64,000 nt of DNA from Malacoraja senta. Lineage: Eukaryota. The DNA is taken from NCBI GenBank assembly GCA_038087875.1, contig CM075992.1, forward strand, positions 10,418,001 through 10,482,000. Reading direction: 5' to 3'. Below the pieces are notes generated by a model that worked only from the letters and a program-made list of their open reading frames with translations, was not told the origin of the DNA and ran no database searches. Made by a program: the position numbers and the translations under genes. Shown here one piece after another: positions 63,810 to 64,000 of this stretch. Within the stretch, counting starts at the first letter, position 1. Each line of letters begins with the position of its first letter.

Positions 63810-64000
63810 CCAGTCCTACCTGGTCGGAGATGCGGTTTTCCTCCAAATCGCGTCTCCGGTCTCCCCATACGGCCTTCCATCGGTCTGGAGCGGCATTTCC
63901 TTCCGGGGACCACAGCTTCGGCGGCACAGCGCTGGGACACCAACAAGGAGCGGGCGATGCCTTGCCGGGTCGCCGCTCCGCAGTGCTGTGACCGCCGACC
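63810..64000 (+). mobile_element. 5'-truncated copy S6 of S5, runs off the right edge
   Basis: Near-identical to 61594-61784. Confidence 0.9.

Overview
This is a eukaryotic, gene-poor window made almost entirely of repeats. The CR1/HE1-type tails, V-SINE and Penelope-like palindromes suggest a cartilaginous fish, probably a skate or ray (inference). No host protein-coding gene, rRNA or tRNA could be supported. It holds a 40-bp satellite, a full but decayed BEL/Pao LTR retrotransposon (6367-19356), four L1 copies with clear TSDs (A, B, C, D), a decayed DIRS element (47268-61167) plus the left end of a second, Tc1, RTE, CR1, Helitron-like and hAT-like relics, and many micro/minisatellites. Four observations stand out. 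(1) A hydrophobic third reading frame lies in the L1 inter-ORF spacer and ends 7 nt before the ORF2 ATG, with a conserved ACGGAAGTCT+hairpin motif 284-293 nt upstream of ORF2 in all four copies. (2) Two of the four L1s carry twin-priming-type 5' inversions, and one also has a templated copy of its own ORF2 inserted into ORF1. (3) A set of GC-rich non-autonomous retroelements shares covarying RNA hairpins but has different LINE-like tails. (4) Both DIRS copies have a 38-nt GTAAG...TTTGCAG module near the left terminal repeat. All analysis was done by eye, so ends of decayed elements are approximate.
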